A DNA stretch of 64,000 bases from Macrostomum lignano. Its lineage: Eukaryota. This document shows, in pieces, positions 1-12,200 of the stretch. The position numbers were made by a program, and so were the translations under genes. Numbering within the stretch: the first letter of the stretch is position 1; each line of letters begins with the position of its first letter. The DNA lies in the NCBI GenBank assembly GCA_002269645.1, contig NIVC01000640.1, positions 248,001 to 312,000 of the forward strand, in the 5' to 3' direction. The notes beneath the pieces were generated by a model. The model was not told the DNA's origin, did no database searches, and worked only from the letters and a program-made list of their open reading frames with translations.

Positions 1-153
1 AGCTTGGCGCCCCTGTCTCTTAGAGCTTGGCGCCCCTGTCTCTTAGCTTGGCGCACCTGTCTCTTAGCTTGGCGCACCTGTCTCTTAGCTTAGCGCCCCT
101 GTCTCTTAGCTTGGCGCACCTGTCTCTTAGAGCTTGGCGCCCCTGTCTCTTAG
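1..153. repeat. Minisatellite, 21-23 bp unit AGCTTGGCGC(C/A)CCTGTCTCTT(AG), about 7 copies, runs off the window start; probably in an LRP2BP intron
   Basis: Direct tandem repetition visible; each unit ends in pyrimidines + AG on the + strand. Confidence 0.9.
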
Positions 154-264
154 GCTAATGCCTCTTGTTAGAGATGTTGATGTCATACTGAAGTTTGCCA
201 AAATTGCAAATTTGTAAACCGCAGTCAATCAGCAGCCCAAATGCTCACTTCCCGCTCACTTCAG

Positions 265-1227
265 GGTGGTGCAATACGACGACATCGCAGCCCTCGCCGA
301 GGAGACCCAGTGCCAGGCCCGGTTCGTGTCGAAAGGCGTGGCGCTGGCCAGCTTCATATTCGCCCGCTGCCTGCAGCAGGGCCTCGGCGTGCAGAAGGAC
401 CTGGACAAGGCCAAGCACTTCTATTCGCTGGTGAGCTTGCAAAGCAATGCTGAGCTTTCAACTCCGCAAACCCTGGTTCGACTCCGTGCACGGCTTCACT
501 CATTTTCGGGGCTTGTGCACGAGAATTGGCTGGGGGACGGTTGTCTTGCGATTCACAACCATGCACAGAGAGTGTACATGCCTGACTGACAATTAGTGTA
601 AGAGTGCGTGCCTGTGTACAGCATTGTATAAGAAAAACTTACACAGGACCACAGATACTAGAATAACTAGATAGGCCACTCAGCACATTTGCGTGTAAGC
701 TACTTTCAGTTCAGTAGTAAGTTAAATTGAAGCATTTTAATGTATTTTACAAGCCAAGGCTCATTTATTGGCAGTTACCCCCCCCCCCCAGCTTAAACCC
801 TCTAACCGCGTTTTTCCACACTACCCCACCCCCCGACCCGCCCCTATTTTTATTGCCTTTCTCGGAATTCCAGCCTAAAGCTGCCATGTACATTTCAGTG
901 GACTGGCTAATGTAGATTACAGTATTGCTGAACCAATTAGCAAATTGTTTACGCCTGCAAGTTTGGGCTTCTAACCTTATCAAAGCAATTTCAGCTGGCT
1001 TAATTTTTGTAAAATTTTAATAGCTTATTTACTCGTAGAAAGCTGTTTTACTAAGTATATATGGCTGAGTGGCCAATCTAGTTATTTTAGAATCTGTGCA
1101 CAGGACAGACATTGCGAATTGGCAAGCATCAACTCATTCTCTGAGCTCTCCCCCGTTTCAGTCGTTCCAATTCGACCCGGACACCTGCGCTCGGCTGCAA
1201 AATTTGCAGAATGTTGGTCAGCTGTGA
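265..1227 (+). CDS. LRP2BP: 3' end (last two exons, 265-430 and 1162-1227) of an LRP2-binding protein-like Sel1-repeat gene
   Basis: Acceptor cacttcag|265 and donor 430|gtgagc. Acceptor cccgtttcag|1162, phase 0, stop TGA at 1225-1227. Spliced peptide ...DDIAALAEETQCQARFVSKGVALASFIFARCLQQGLGVQKDLDKAKHFYSL|SFQFDPDTCARLQNLQNVGQL* matches from memory the LRP2BP C-terminus (G-x-A-x-ASF-x-x-ARCLQ-x-GLG Sel1 repeat plus short tail). Confidence 0.8.
678..1010. repeat. Interspersed repeat (~330 bp) in the last LRP2BP intron; second copy at 46768-47098
   Basis: Co-linear similarity by eye from CACATTTGCGTGTAAGCTACTTT to ATTTCAGCTGGCTT in both places; no termini assigned. Confidence 0.8.
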
Positions 1228-1609
1228 GTGAGCAGCCAAACCCGACGCGGTCTTGGAAGCCATGAGCCTGAGTTTGTTTTACTGACTTAGTAGTTCAGTA
1301 GATTGTATAGAACATTGTAATTCTCTTATCTTTACTTGATTAATTTTTAAATCTACCTGAAAAATATGGATTTTTCTTGCCTTCATCCCGTGATTAAAAG
1401 AAAACCTATTAGCTCCTTATACCCTCGATTCTTAATGTTTAGTCAGCTGGTTTTTGCATGAATAGAGTCAGAAAATGTCGCAATCACGATTGCTGTAGTA
1501 ATGATCCTAAACTGCTTTTTTATTCTCTGATTGACTTCTGTCTTCCTGATAATTTTGACTGTCCTCTTATCAGCTGTGCTTTTCTACTAAAATTTTGCTG
1601 TCCACTCGC

Positions 1610-2090
1610 AGGCTGCCCACTGAAGGGTCTGTAGGGGGTGGGGGTAGAGGCTGCCCACTGAAAGGGGAGGGTCGGTGGGGAGGGTAGAGGCTACCCACTG
1701 AAGGGTCTGTGAGGGTGGGGGTAGAGGCTGTCCACTGAAGGGTCTGTGGGGGTGGGGGTAGAGGCTGCCCACTGAAGGGTCTGTGAGGGATGGGGGTAGA
1801 GGCTACCCACTGAAGGGTCTGTGAGGGTGGGGGTAGAGGCTGTCCACTGAAGGGTCTGTGGGGGATGGGGGTAGAGGCTGCCCACAGAAGGGTCTGTGGG
1901 GGGTGGGGGTAGAGGCTGCCCACAGAAGGGTCTGTGGGGGGTGGGGGTAGAGGCTGCCCACTGAAGGGTCTGTGAGGGTGGGGGTAGAGGCTGCCCACTG
2001 AAGGGTCTGTGGGGGTGGGGGTAGAGGCTGCCCACTGAAGGGTCCGTGGGGGGTGGGGGTAGAGGCTGCCCACTGAAGGGTCCGTGGGAG
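1610..2090. repeat. G-rich minisatellite, 37-38 bp unit GGGTAGAGGCTGCCCACTGAAGGGTCTGTGGGGGTGG, about 13 copies
   Basis: Direct tandem repetition; explains the periodic ORFs 1570..2073 and 1691..2035. Confidence 0.95.
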
Positions 2091-2664
2091 CTAGTTTAAA
2101 ACTATTTATTTAGATACTTGTATTTAAAACTGCTGTGAATTTTTATTAATTTTAACTTTCTGCTACTTTTATAACTACTTTAAAACTATAGCTGCTGAGT
2201 GTCACAATTTTTCGTGACCTATTTTAGCTCGAATCTAGGGATTAGCTGTGCTCCAAAAATCTCTTCTCGATTTTGTACGTTTTTATACTGTCTTTTTTTT
2301 CAGTTTTCTGCTAAGCACAGGTCGAATAGTCGAAACGTCGTTACTTACTTCTTGGAAAATCAACAACGCTTCCTAAGAATGTTTTGTCCGGCTTTGATTT
2401 TTCCACCAGCTATTATTTTGTTAATTTAGTCACCACTCTGTAATTGTTACATTTCACCAGTCTATATGGAAATACAGAGGTTCGACAGCTTTGCCTTTGG
2501 GATGTAGAGTTTATTATATATACAGCAATTTTTGTGCTACTTAACTATCTATGCTCAATTATTAATTTATGCCCTCTATATAGATAGTCAGCCTGTGATC
2601 CAAATTGCATGTTTTAATGTACTCGTATACTCGACTGATGTGCGGAATGTGCTCATTCTATGCT

Positions 2665-2880
2665 TCGACTATGCTCAATCTGTGCTCAGACTACGCTCAA
2701 TCTATGCTCTGACTATGCTCAATCTGTGCTTAGACTATGCTCAATCTATGCTCCGGCTATGGCGACGCCTCCCCGCTGCATCCGGATGCCCGCGGAACCT
2801 TGCAGCTAAGTCAAGCAAAGTCATGCTCCGACTAAGTTCAATCTGTGCTCAGACTATATGCTCATGCCTCAATCTGTGCT
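2665..2880. repeat. Degenerate ~22 bp tandem repeat (GACTATGCTCAATCT(G/A)TGCTCA)
   Basis: Motif recurs about 6 times with interruptions. Confidence 0.7.
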
Positions 2881-3665
2881 TCAAAATCTTTTGATTTTGA
2901 TTTGATTAGCTCAGTAAATGGAGGCTAGACACATGCATACAGAGAGGGCTTTTACATGTGAGCCATCTAATAATTTAAATCCAGTTAAGCTTTCCAGATA
3001 AACCGATACTGAAGACAAAGCCAGATAATTATTCTGAATTTTCACATTTAACTTGCACACAATGCTTATAATTAAGTAAGTATTGACTAATTCAGCAAGC
3101 ACGTGGGTCCAGCAGCGCAGAATTAGGCCACTTTCTTAATTTACAAGCAAGGTCACCCAGGGGCCAGCAAACCTGCTCTAATGAGCGCCTTGCCACCATA
3201 AATTACCGAACTGTTCACGTACACCCCCGTGTTTGACTTTCACAGGAGGGTCTCCTTCTTTTAGCTATCTACCCTTATTTATAGTGAAAGTACATTCGCT
3301 TTGCGCGGCTCGGGATGAAATGTTTCGACCTTGGACAGGGGGAGTTGGGCTATAAAAGTTGGGGTGGTGGGGGGGGGGAGGAAATGACTGCACAACGTGG
3401 AAAGCCAGTTAAATTAGACTTATTCTCAGCGGGGGGCAGGGGCGTCCCGCTGCCGGGCTTGGCTTGGATCGATAAGCCCGTACAGCACCCGTGCATCGCA
3501 GGCAGAAGGGGGCAGGTTATCAAACTGGAAGGGGGCTTTAGGCTAGGAATCGCTATAAAATATTGCTATTTAAAAGAGCACTCGAATAAGACACACTGAC
3601 ACAGCAAGCTGTTAAACTACGAGTCAGCGCTCTGTAAAATAGCAGCCGATAAAATTTTAACAAAA

Positions 3666-4241
3666 ATGAAACTGTTCAAGCTGGTCTTGCTGACCGCTGC
3701 CCTGCTGCTGTGCTACTGCTGCTGCTGCGGCGTCCAGGCCTGCGGCAGCTCCGGCGCGAAGTCCTGCCACGCCGCAACCAGGTCGGCCGTGGCCTACCTC
3801 ACCCCTCACGGCAGCGGCTACAACGTCTTCGGGATGATCTCGCTGGAGCAGTCAGGAGCCAACCTGGTCATCAGTGGCAATGTGACCGGCCTGAACGCCA
3901 GCCAGCAGTACGGATTCCACATCCACGAGTCCGGCGACCTCAGCACCGGATGCGGCGGCGCCCTCGGCCACTACAATCCCTACGGCAAGGACCACGGCGC
4001 GCCCACCGACTCCGACCGACACGTCGGAGACTTTGGCAACATTGTCGGCGGATCGGACGGAGTGACCAGGGTCAGCATCACCGACAGCGTGGCCTCGCTG
4101 GTCAACACCGAGTCGGTACTCGGCCGGTCCATCGTCATCCACGCCGGCGTGGACGATCTCGGACGAGGCGGCCATCCGTCGTCAAAGACTACCGGAAATG
4201 CCGGAGCCCGGATGGCCTGCGGAGTTATCGGCGTCAAGTGA
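3666..4241 (+). CDS. SOD: Secreted Cu/Zn superoxide dismutase (SOD3-like), 191 aa, intronless
   Basis: Hydrophobic signal peptide. All canonical ligands present: GFHIH, GHYNP, HGAP, RHVGD, IVIHAG, the disulfide cysteines and the catalytic Arg in GARMACGVIG. Confidence 0.95.
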   Translation: MKLFKLVLLTAALLLCYCCCCGVQACGSSGAKSCHAATRSAVAYLTPHGSGYNVFGMISLEQSGANLVISGNVTGLNASQQYGFHIHESGDLSTGCGGALGHYNPYGKDHGAPTDSDRHVGDFGNIVGGSDGVTRVSITDSVASLVNTESVLGRSIVIHAGVDDLGRGGHPSSKTTGNAGARMACGVIGVK

Positions 4242-5134
4242 TCGAGCAGCAGCGGAGGCCGGCTGGCACAGCACCGAGACTAAACGAATCATTTTATTTT
4301 TTATTCGATTTTAAATTGGCGCCAAAATTAACAATAATTAGGGATTGATTTTGCTAACTAAAGTGAGTATTATTTGAAAATTTAATTACTCAATTCAGCA
4401 AAAATATTGTCCAAATTCTCTTGGTATAAATTGGCGTCAATTTGAAACTTTTAACTTGCCATTTTGAACGCACTGGTATTTCGAAATTAAATTAAGAAAG
4501 CCCTTCATATCATACCAACTTCTAAAATTTGGCACATAACCTTGAGGTTATTTTAGGCTGACAAGCTTTATTTTCGACAATAATAGCTACATAATAAAAA
4601 TGTGTGTGCATATGATAGAGTAACATGCAGCTTTATTAAAAGATGTCAGTCTAAAAAATCCACAATTTTTTATGCCAATGAAACGTATACTCATATATAA
4701 CTACTATATTCCAATAGGTATTTCACTATCGATATACCCTGCATTCCATGCACATTTGAGTACAAAGGTATTGCATGCACGGAGCTGTATATATATATTT
4801 TAGTTGCCGCATCATATTTCATCAATCTTTATTTCAGATGTTTTATATATGATTAAAAACGAATTCCACACTATCCAATTAGTTCATATCCATCCAATTC
4901 ACTTAATCACTAACCGCAACCAATACCAAAAAATTGACCAATTCTTACATCAAAGTAATTCATTTGTTTTGCATAATACTATTGTAAATACACTGTTTAG
5001 TTAAGAAATTACCACTACATTTCCGGAATACTTTTTTCTGTGTGATAAGTAGACTGAATTCTTTAACACTTCCACCTGTTTCCAGTATTACGACGGCAAT
5101 AGAGACAAGAGCGTGACACCTGCTAAAAATGCAC

Positions 5135-5858
5135 TTGTTTCCGGCGTGATTTGGCCTGGCCATAGACTGCACTTGTTTCCGGTGTGATATGCCATAGACT
5201 GCACTTGTTTCCGGTGTGATGTGGCCTGGCCATAGACTGCACTTGTTTCCGGTGTGATATGCCATAGACTGCACTTGTTTCCGGTGTGATATGCCATAGA
5301 CTGCAACTTGTTTCCGGTGTGATATGCCATAGACTGCACTTGTTTCCGGTGTGATATGCCATAGACTGCACTTGTTTCCGGTGTGATATGCCATAGACTG
5401 CACTTGTTTCCGATGTGATATGCCATAGACTGCACTTGTTTCCGGTGTGATATGCCATAGACTGCACTTGTTTCCGGTGTGATATGCCATAGACTGCACT
5501 TGTTTCCGGTGTGATATGCCATAGACTGCACTTGTTTCCGGTGTGATATGCCATAGACTGCACTTGTTTCCGGTGTGATATGCCATAGACTGCACTTGTT
5601 TCCGATGTGATATGCCATAGACTGCACTTGTTTTCGATGTGATATGCCATAGACTGCACTTGTTTCCGGTGTGATATGCCATAGACTGCACTTGTTTCCG
5701 GTGTGATATGCCATAGACTGCACTTGTTTCCGGTGTGATATGCCATAGACTGCACTTGTTTCCGGTGTGATATGCCATAGACTGCACTTGTTTCCGGTGT
5801 GATATGCCATAGACTGCACTTGTTTCCGGTGTGATATGCCATAGACTGCACTTGTTTC
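5135..5858. repeat. Highly homogeneous 32-bp minisatellite CACTTGTTTCCGGTGTGATATGCCATAGACTG, about 23 copies
   Basis: Direct tandem repetition; produces 32-aa-periodic ORFs in all three minus frames. Confidence 0.95.
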
Positions 5859-6223
5859 TGGTGGGGAGCATACAAAAATATATTGCAGTCTTTGGATGGT
5901 CAATCTTGATAGATTATAAGAAGGATAAAAATCGTTCTTTTCCGTTTGTATGAAAGAATTGCTAGCAAAAAGGAACGTCAGATTGTAGTTTTTATATTTT
6001 AAATTCAATTGTTTTGTTCATACTTGTTATACTTGTTTATACTTAAAAAATCAAGTTGAAACGATTCGATTAAAATATAAAATCCGTGTCAGCTCAACTA
6101 AGATTCAATTGCATGAAAGGTCAGTCTTATAGATACAAAAGCGTCGTTTTCCACAAGAACTGCAGCAGTAAAAGTTAAACTAAAGCAGTTCGATAACAAA
6201 TTGTAATGCGGTACTGGCCAAGT

Positions 6224-9200
6224 CTATTCATGGCGCTGTCGCCACTGTCCGGTGCCCTGAATCTCTACGCTGTGCACCGAGTTTGTCCTCAAGCTGAACT
6301 TGTAGAGCAAGAAGCCAGCTCCGACGAGCAGTACAGCGCCGAGGATGGAGCCCACAACCAGCAGCGCAATGACCCAAGTTTCAAGGCCTGTATCCGGTTC
6401 GGGCGTCGCCACCGGCGTAGTCTTGGATGGGAGGATCGGAGAGGTGAGTGCGGTTGTTGACATGGTGGCAGCGGTGGGATTCTTAGTTGCTGTTTGGTCA
6501 GTGGCGAGCCCCGTGGTTTCTGTGGGTGCTTCTGTACTAGCGGACCATGTCGGGTCGGTTAGTCTTGGATCGGTTGTCCCAGTTTTGCCACTCGTTGCCC
6601 GTGGACTGGTAGGCCTGGATGGATCAGTGATGGAATCGGTAGCGATTGTAGATTCATCAGTCACCTGTGTTTCTCTTGTGAATTCCGTCGCTGTCCCCGT
6701 GGAAGTTGGCTTCGGTGTCTGGGTCGGTGCCTCTGTCCAAGTAGTCGATGTCTCAGGCGTCTCCGTCGGTGCCTTCGTGGGCGTCTCCGTCATCTTCGTC
6801 GGTGCCATACTGGGTGTCTCCGTCATCTGCGTCGGTGCCATAGTTGGTGTCTCCGTCTGTGGTGCCGTTGGAGTCTCCGTCGGTGTCTCTGTCGGTGTCG
6901 TCGGCGAGGGCGTAGGGAGGTCGTTGATGCAGTCAGGCGAGGCGACGCACGGCAGCGTCTGGTCCCAGAAGGCGCAGTCCAGTCCGCGGAGCGCGTGCTC
7001 AACGTAGCGAGGCGGCCAGCTGACGTTCCAGCCGCCGCTTCCAGAGTCGCGCAGCAGCAGCACCGGCCGGCTGTCGGCCCCGTAGGCCTCCCAGCTCACG
7101 TTGCCGCTGTTGGCGAACTCGACGAGACTGCGGACGAGGAAGCCCGACAGTTGGGCGCGCGCCTCGCCAAGCGGCTTGGAGGGTCTCGCAGGGCTGCCCA
7201 AGGCGTAGACGGCGTCATCCGCTGGAGTTAAGCGGTTGGCGGGGCTTTGGAGCACTTCAGTGAGTGGGAGCTAAGCGGTTGGCGGGGCTTTGGAGCACTT
7301 CAGTGAGTGGGAGTTAAGCGGTTGGCGGGGCTTTGGACACTTCAGTGAGTGGGAGTTAAGCGGTTGGCAGGGCTTTGGACACTTCAGTGAGTGGGAGCTA
7401 AGCGGTTGACGGGGCTTTGGAGCACTTCAGTGAGTGGGAGCTAAGCGGTTGGCGGGGCTTTGGAGCACTTCAGTGAGTGGGAGTTAAGCGGTTGGCGGGG
7501 CTTTGGAGCACTTCAGTGAGTGGGAGTTAAGCGGTTGGCAGGGCTTTGGACACTTCAGTGAGTGGGAGCTAAGCGGTTGACGGGGCTTTGGAGCACTTCA
7601 GTGAGTGGGAGCTAAGCGGTTGGCGGGGCTTTGGAGCACTTCAGTGAGTGGGAGTTAAGCGGTTGGCAGGGCTTTGGAGCACTTCAGTGAGTGGGAGCTA
7701 AGCGGTTGGCAGGGCTTTGGAGCACTTCAGTGAGTGGGAGCTAAGCGGTTGGCGGGGCTTTGGAGCACTTCAGTGAGTGGGAGTTAAGCGGTTGGCGGGG
7801 CTTTGGAGCACTTCAGTGAGTGGGAGTTAAGCGGTTGGCAGGGCTTTGGACACTTCAGTGAGTGGGAGTTAAGCGGTTGGCGGGGCTTTGGAGCACTTCA
7901 GTGAGTGGGAGCTAAGCGGTTGGCGGGGATTTGGACACTTCAGTGAGTGGGAGTTAAGCGGTTGGCGGTGCTTTGGAGCACTTCAGTGAGTGGGAGTTAA
8001 GCGGTTGGCGGGGCTTTGGAGCACTTCAGTGAGTGGGAGTTAAGCGGTTGGCAGGGCTTTGGACACTTCAGTGAGTGGGAGTTAAGCGGTTGGCGGGGCT
8101 TTGGAGCACTTCAGTGAGTGGGAGCTAAGCGGTTGGCGGGGATTTGGAGCACTTCAGTGAGTGGGAGCTAAGCGGTTGGAGGGGATTTGGAGCACTTCAG
8201 TGAGTGGGAGCTAAGCGGTTGGAGGGGCTTTGGAGCACTTCAGTGAGTGGGAGTTAAGCGGTTGGCGGGGATTTGGAGCACTTCAGTGAGTGGGAGCTAA
8301 GCGGTTGGCGGGGCTTTGGAGCACTTCAGTGAGTGGGAGCTAAGCGGTTGGAGGGGCTTTGGAGCACTTCAGTGAGTGGGAGCTAAGCGGTTGGCAGGGC
8401 TTTGGACACTTCAGTGAGTGGGAGCTAAGCGGTTGGCGGGGATTTGGACACTTCAGTGAGTGGGAGTTAAGCGGTTGGCAGGGCTTTGGAGCACTTCAGT
8501 GAGTGGAAGCTAAGCGGTTGGCGGGGCTTTGGACACTTCAGTGAGTGGGAGCTAAGCGGTTGGCAGGGCTTTGGACACTTCAGTGAGTGGGAGCTAAGCG
8601 GTTGGCAGGGCTTTGGAGCACTTCAGTGAGTGGGAGCTAAGCGGTTGGCAGGGCTTTGGAGCACTTCAGTGAGTGGGAGTTAAGCGGTTGGAGGGGCTTT
8701 GGACACTTCAGTGAGTGGCGATTTGCACTGGTTAACCAGTGCCTCAGTGCTAACCTGAGCGAGCTCATCCCACCTGCCTGACATCCCCGCTCCCCTCAGC
8801 CCCGCCTGCTCACAGAGGCTGGCGCCGACCAGCCGATCCCCGATTTCCTCGGCCGGCTCGGCGAGCAGGAAGCCGAAAACCTGAGCAGTGCTCAAAGCAG
8901 CCGCTTTGGCCATGAAGTTCCAGGTAGGACAGGTAAAGTGCCGATCGCCCAGCGCCCGCGACAGCAGCTGGGCCTCCTTGACGTCCCCGACGCCGGCGTC
9001 AGCGGTCGAGCTGGGGAATTCGGCGAAGCGGCGACTCGCGGCTTCCAGTCCGACCGAGGACAGCGACTCGCCGAAGCGGGGGAAGTGGCGCAGTGACTGG
9101 CCCAGGTGCTGTGGGTGGTGAGAGGAGTGACTGGCCCAGGTGCTGTGGGTGGTGAGAGGAGTGACTGGCCCAGGTGCTGTGGGAGGTGAGAGGAGTGAGT

Positions 9201-12200
9201 GGCCCAGGTGCTGTGGGAGGTGAGAGGAGTGACTGGCCCAGGTGCTGTGGGAGGTGAGAGGAGTGAGTGGCCCAGGTGCTGTGGGAGGTGAGAGGAGTGA
9301 CTGGCCCAGGTGCTGTGGGTGGTGAGAGGAGTGCGGGACTCAGCAGTGACTGGCCCAGGTGCTGTGGGTGGTGAGAGGAGTGCGGGACTCAGCAGTGACT
9401 GGGCCAGGTGCTGTGGGTGGTGAGAGGAGTACGGGACTCAGCAGTGACTGGCCCAGGTGCTGTGGGTGGTGAGAGGAGTGCGGGACTCAGCAGTGACTGG
9501 CCCAGGTGCTGTAGGAGGTGAGAGGAGTGCGGGACTCAGCAGTGACTGGCCCAGGTGCTGTGCACCTCACCTCCAGCACGCGGTCCCGCGTCACGTTCAG
9601 GCCATCGGGCAGCAGCAGCCGCACCAGCGTGTTGCCGGGGGAGTCCACGCCGCCCAGCAGCAGCGGAACCGGCGGCAAGGCGTCGACCGACCACGGGTCG
9701 GACTTCAGGAAGTCGGCGTCCAGGGCGGGTCCGAAGGCGACGAAGGGCGCCTGGAGGCCGGCGACGTCGCGCTGGAAGTCTGCGGCCGCGCTGACGATTT
9801 CCGAGGAGGTGAGGTTGCGCAGGCAGTCCAGCAGCTCAGCGGGGGTCGACTGGCTGCAGTTCAGGTAGCTGGCTGAGAAGTCGGAGGGGAGGATGAGCTG
9901 ACACCTGTGCAGTCTGGCAGATAATACTTGCACAGTACTCAAAGTACTCCTAAACTGCAAGCAAGCGGGTATCACCAGGTGTCTCACCTGTAAAATGTTC
10001 GTGCATTGCCCGCACTTCGTCTGGCATTGGCGACACCGCGAAGGGGGAGTTCGGCCAGCCCGACAGAAGGACGGCGCGCTGGAACTGCCGCGGCTCCGCC
10101 AGCAGGTGGAAGCCGACGGAGGCAGCGCCGGCCTCCGCGCCCACCAGGCTGATTTTGCTGGGGCTGCCGCCAAAAAAGCGCACGTTGTAGCGCACCCACT
10201 GGAGGGCCAGCGCCTGGTCTCGGAGGCCAAGGTTTGCGGGCACCGAGGCGTTTTGCAGCCACAGGAAGCCCAGAGCACCTGGGAATCAGCAGGCATTGCG
10301 ACTGAAGCTGGAAGATCCCCTTTGCTACTGCAGCCCGGAGCAACTCAGATCCCATCACCTGCCATTGCTGCCGCAGCTCACCAAAGGCCTGAGGACCCTC
10401 ACTTTACTCTCTCCTCACCTTCTCCTCACCCTCTCCTCACCCTCTCCTCATCCTCTCCTCACCCTCTCCTCACCCTCTCCTCACCCTCTCCTCACCCTCT
10501 CCTCACCTTCTCCTCACCCTCTCCTCACCCACTCCTCACCCTCTCCTCCTCACCCTCTCGTCTCCCTCTCGTCAACCTCTCCTCACCCTCTCCTCACCTT
10601 CTCCTCACCCTCTCCTCACCCACTCCTCACCCTCTCCCCACCCTCTCCTCACCCTCTCCTCACCCTCTCCTCACCCACTCACCCAGTCTGTAGGCGACCG
10701 TCACCACCACCGCATCCACCTGGTCCAGCACGTGGCTTCCCCGCCAGCGCTCATCGAAGGCGTCGCCAGTCTGAAAGAAGCCGCCGTGAAGGAACACCAA
10801 GACGGGGAGGTTTTTGACTTCCCGGTCCGAGTGCGCGGGTGTCCACAAGTTCAGGTAGAGGCAGTCCTCGGAGGTCGCGAGCAGCCCCGGCTGCGGACAC
10901 GCGGGCTTCGGGCTGATCGCTAGGAATTCCTCGTCTGCGGGGTAAAGGGAGGCGATCGTGGATCAACGCTGAGTTGCTAGGGCAGGACTCAATGTGGGAC
11001 TCAATACGGGACTCAATACGGGACTCAATGCGGGACTCAATACGGGACTCAATCCGGGACTTAATACGGGACTCAATCCGAGACTCAATTCGGGACTCAA
11101 TGCGGGACTCAATGCGGGACTCAATACGGGACTCAATACGGGACTCAATACGGGACTCAATACGGGACTCAATGCGGGACTCGAGGCTGGTAGCGGCAGC
11201 TCACCGAACGGATCCGCCGGCTCCGGAACAGCAAAGCGCTTCCCTCCGATGGGAGGCTTGGCGTAGGGCAGGCCGAGAAACTGCGTCATCACTTTGCCAG
11301 CGGGGGTGCGGATCGTCTGGCCGAACGTCCTGCCCAGCCCAAGGATATTCACGCTGTAGTTCCGCAGCACCGTGTTCGAGAACGGCTGCGCACCTCCTGG
11401 CGAGATTCGCGGTGGCGGAGGCGGCAGCGGCGGCTGCGGAGGAGGCGGCGAGGCGGACAGGTTGCTGGCCAGCGACATCTCGGCCGACCAGAGCGGACAG
11501 CGGCCGGGCTCGAAGGCGAAGCCGCCGCTTGTCGAATTGACGCCGGTTTTGGCGCCGAAGCGCAGGAAATCAAAGGCGCCGGCGCTGCTGGAGGGCCAGC
11601 CGGGACTGGGAGCTGAAAGAGGCAAGGAAAGCGGCTCTTGTAGTAGCAACTCTGAGCAGCAACTCTGAGCAGGCATTTGAAGCAGCAACTCTGAGCAGGC
11701 ATTTGAAGCAGCAACTCTGAGCAGGCATTTGAAGCAGAAACTCTGAGCAGGCATTTGAAGCAGCAACTCTGAGCAGGCATTTAAAGCAGAAACTCTGAGC
11801 AGGCATTTGAAGCAGCAACTCTGAGCAGGCATTTGAAGCAGCAACTCTGAGCAGGCATTTGAAGCAGAAACTCTGAGTAGGAATTTGAAGCAGCAACTCT
11901 GAGCAGGCAATTGAAGCAGCAACTCTGAGCAGGCATTTGAAGCAGCAACTATGACCAGGCATTTCAATTACACAGCTGCCTGAAAAACTCACCTCCACTA
12001 GCAGTAAAATCGACCAGGTGCTGCATCATGATTCTGGACAGGCTCCTGTGCTCAGCTGAGTAGTTCGCTCGCACCAGCGGCTCTCCCAGCAGCACCTTCG
12101 CGTCATTCGCCACCGACAGTGCAGCTGCGGGATCTCCGTCCTCATCGTGCAGGTAGACGAAAACCCGGCCTGAGCCAATCATGTCGTTGGCGGCCTCCCA

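Noticed and set aside
4960-6008. Long periodic ORFs (303, 306 and 250 aa) on the minus strand
   Set aside because: They are translations of a 32-bp tandem repeat that happens to be stop-free, with no unique coding flanks
6345-7007. Val/Gly-rich + strand ORF
   Set aside because: Antisense shadow of the Thr/Pro mucin stalk
7226-8717. CRISPR-like appearance of this and other 29-43 bp arrays
   Set aside because: Units are contiguous with no unique spacers, there are no cas genes, and the context is eukaryotic and intronic
8750-8760. Alternative donor CAG|GTTAGC for exon 7
   Set aside because: Phase 0 is incompatible with the exon 8 acceptor; the donor at 8814 (T|GTGAGC) keeps frame and restores the GAxxxDDxxY motif
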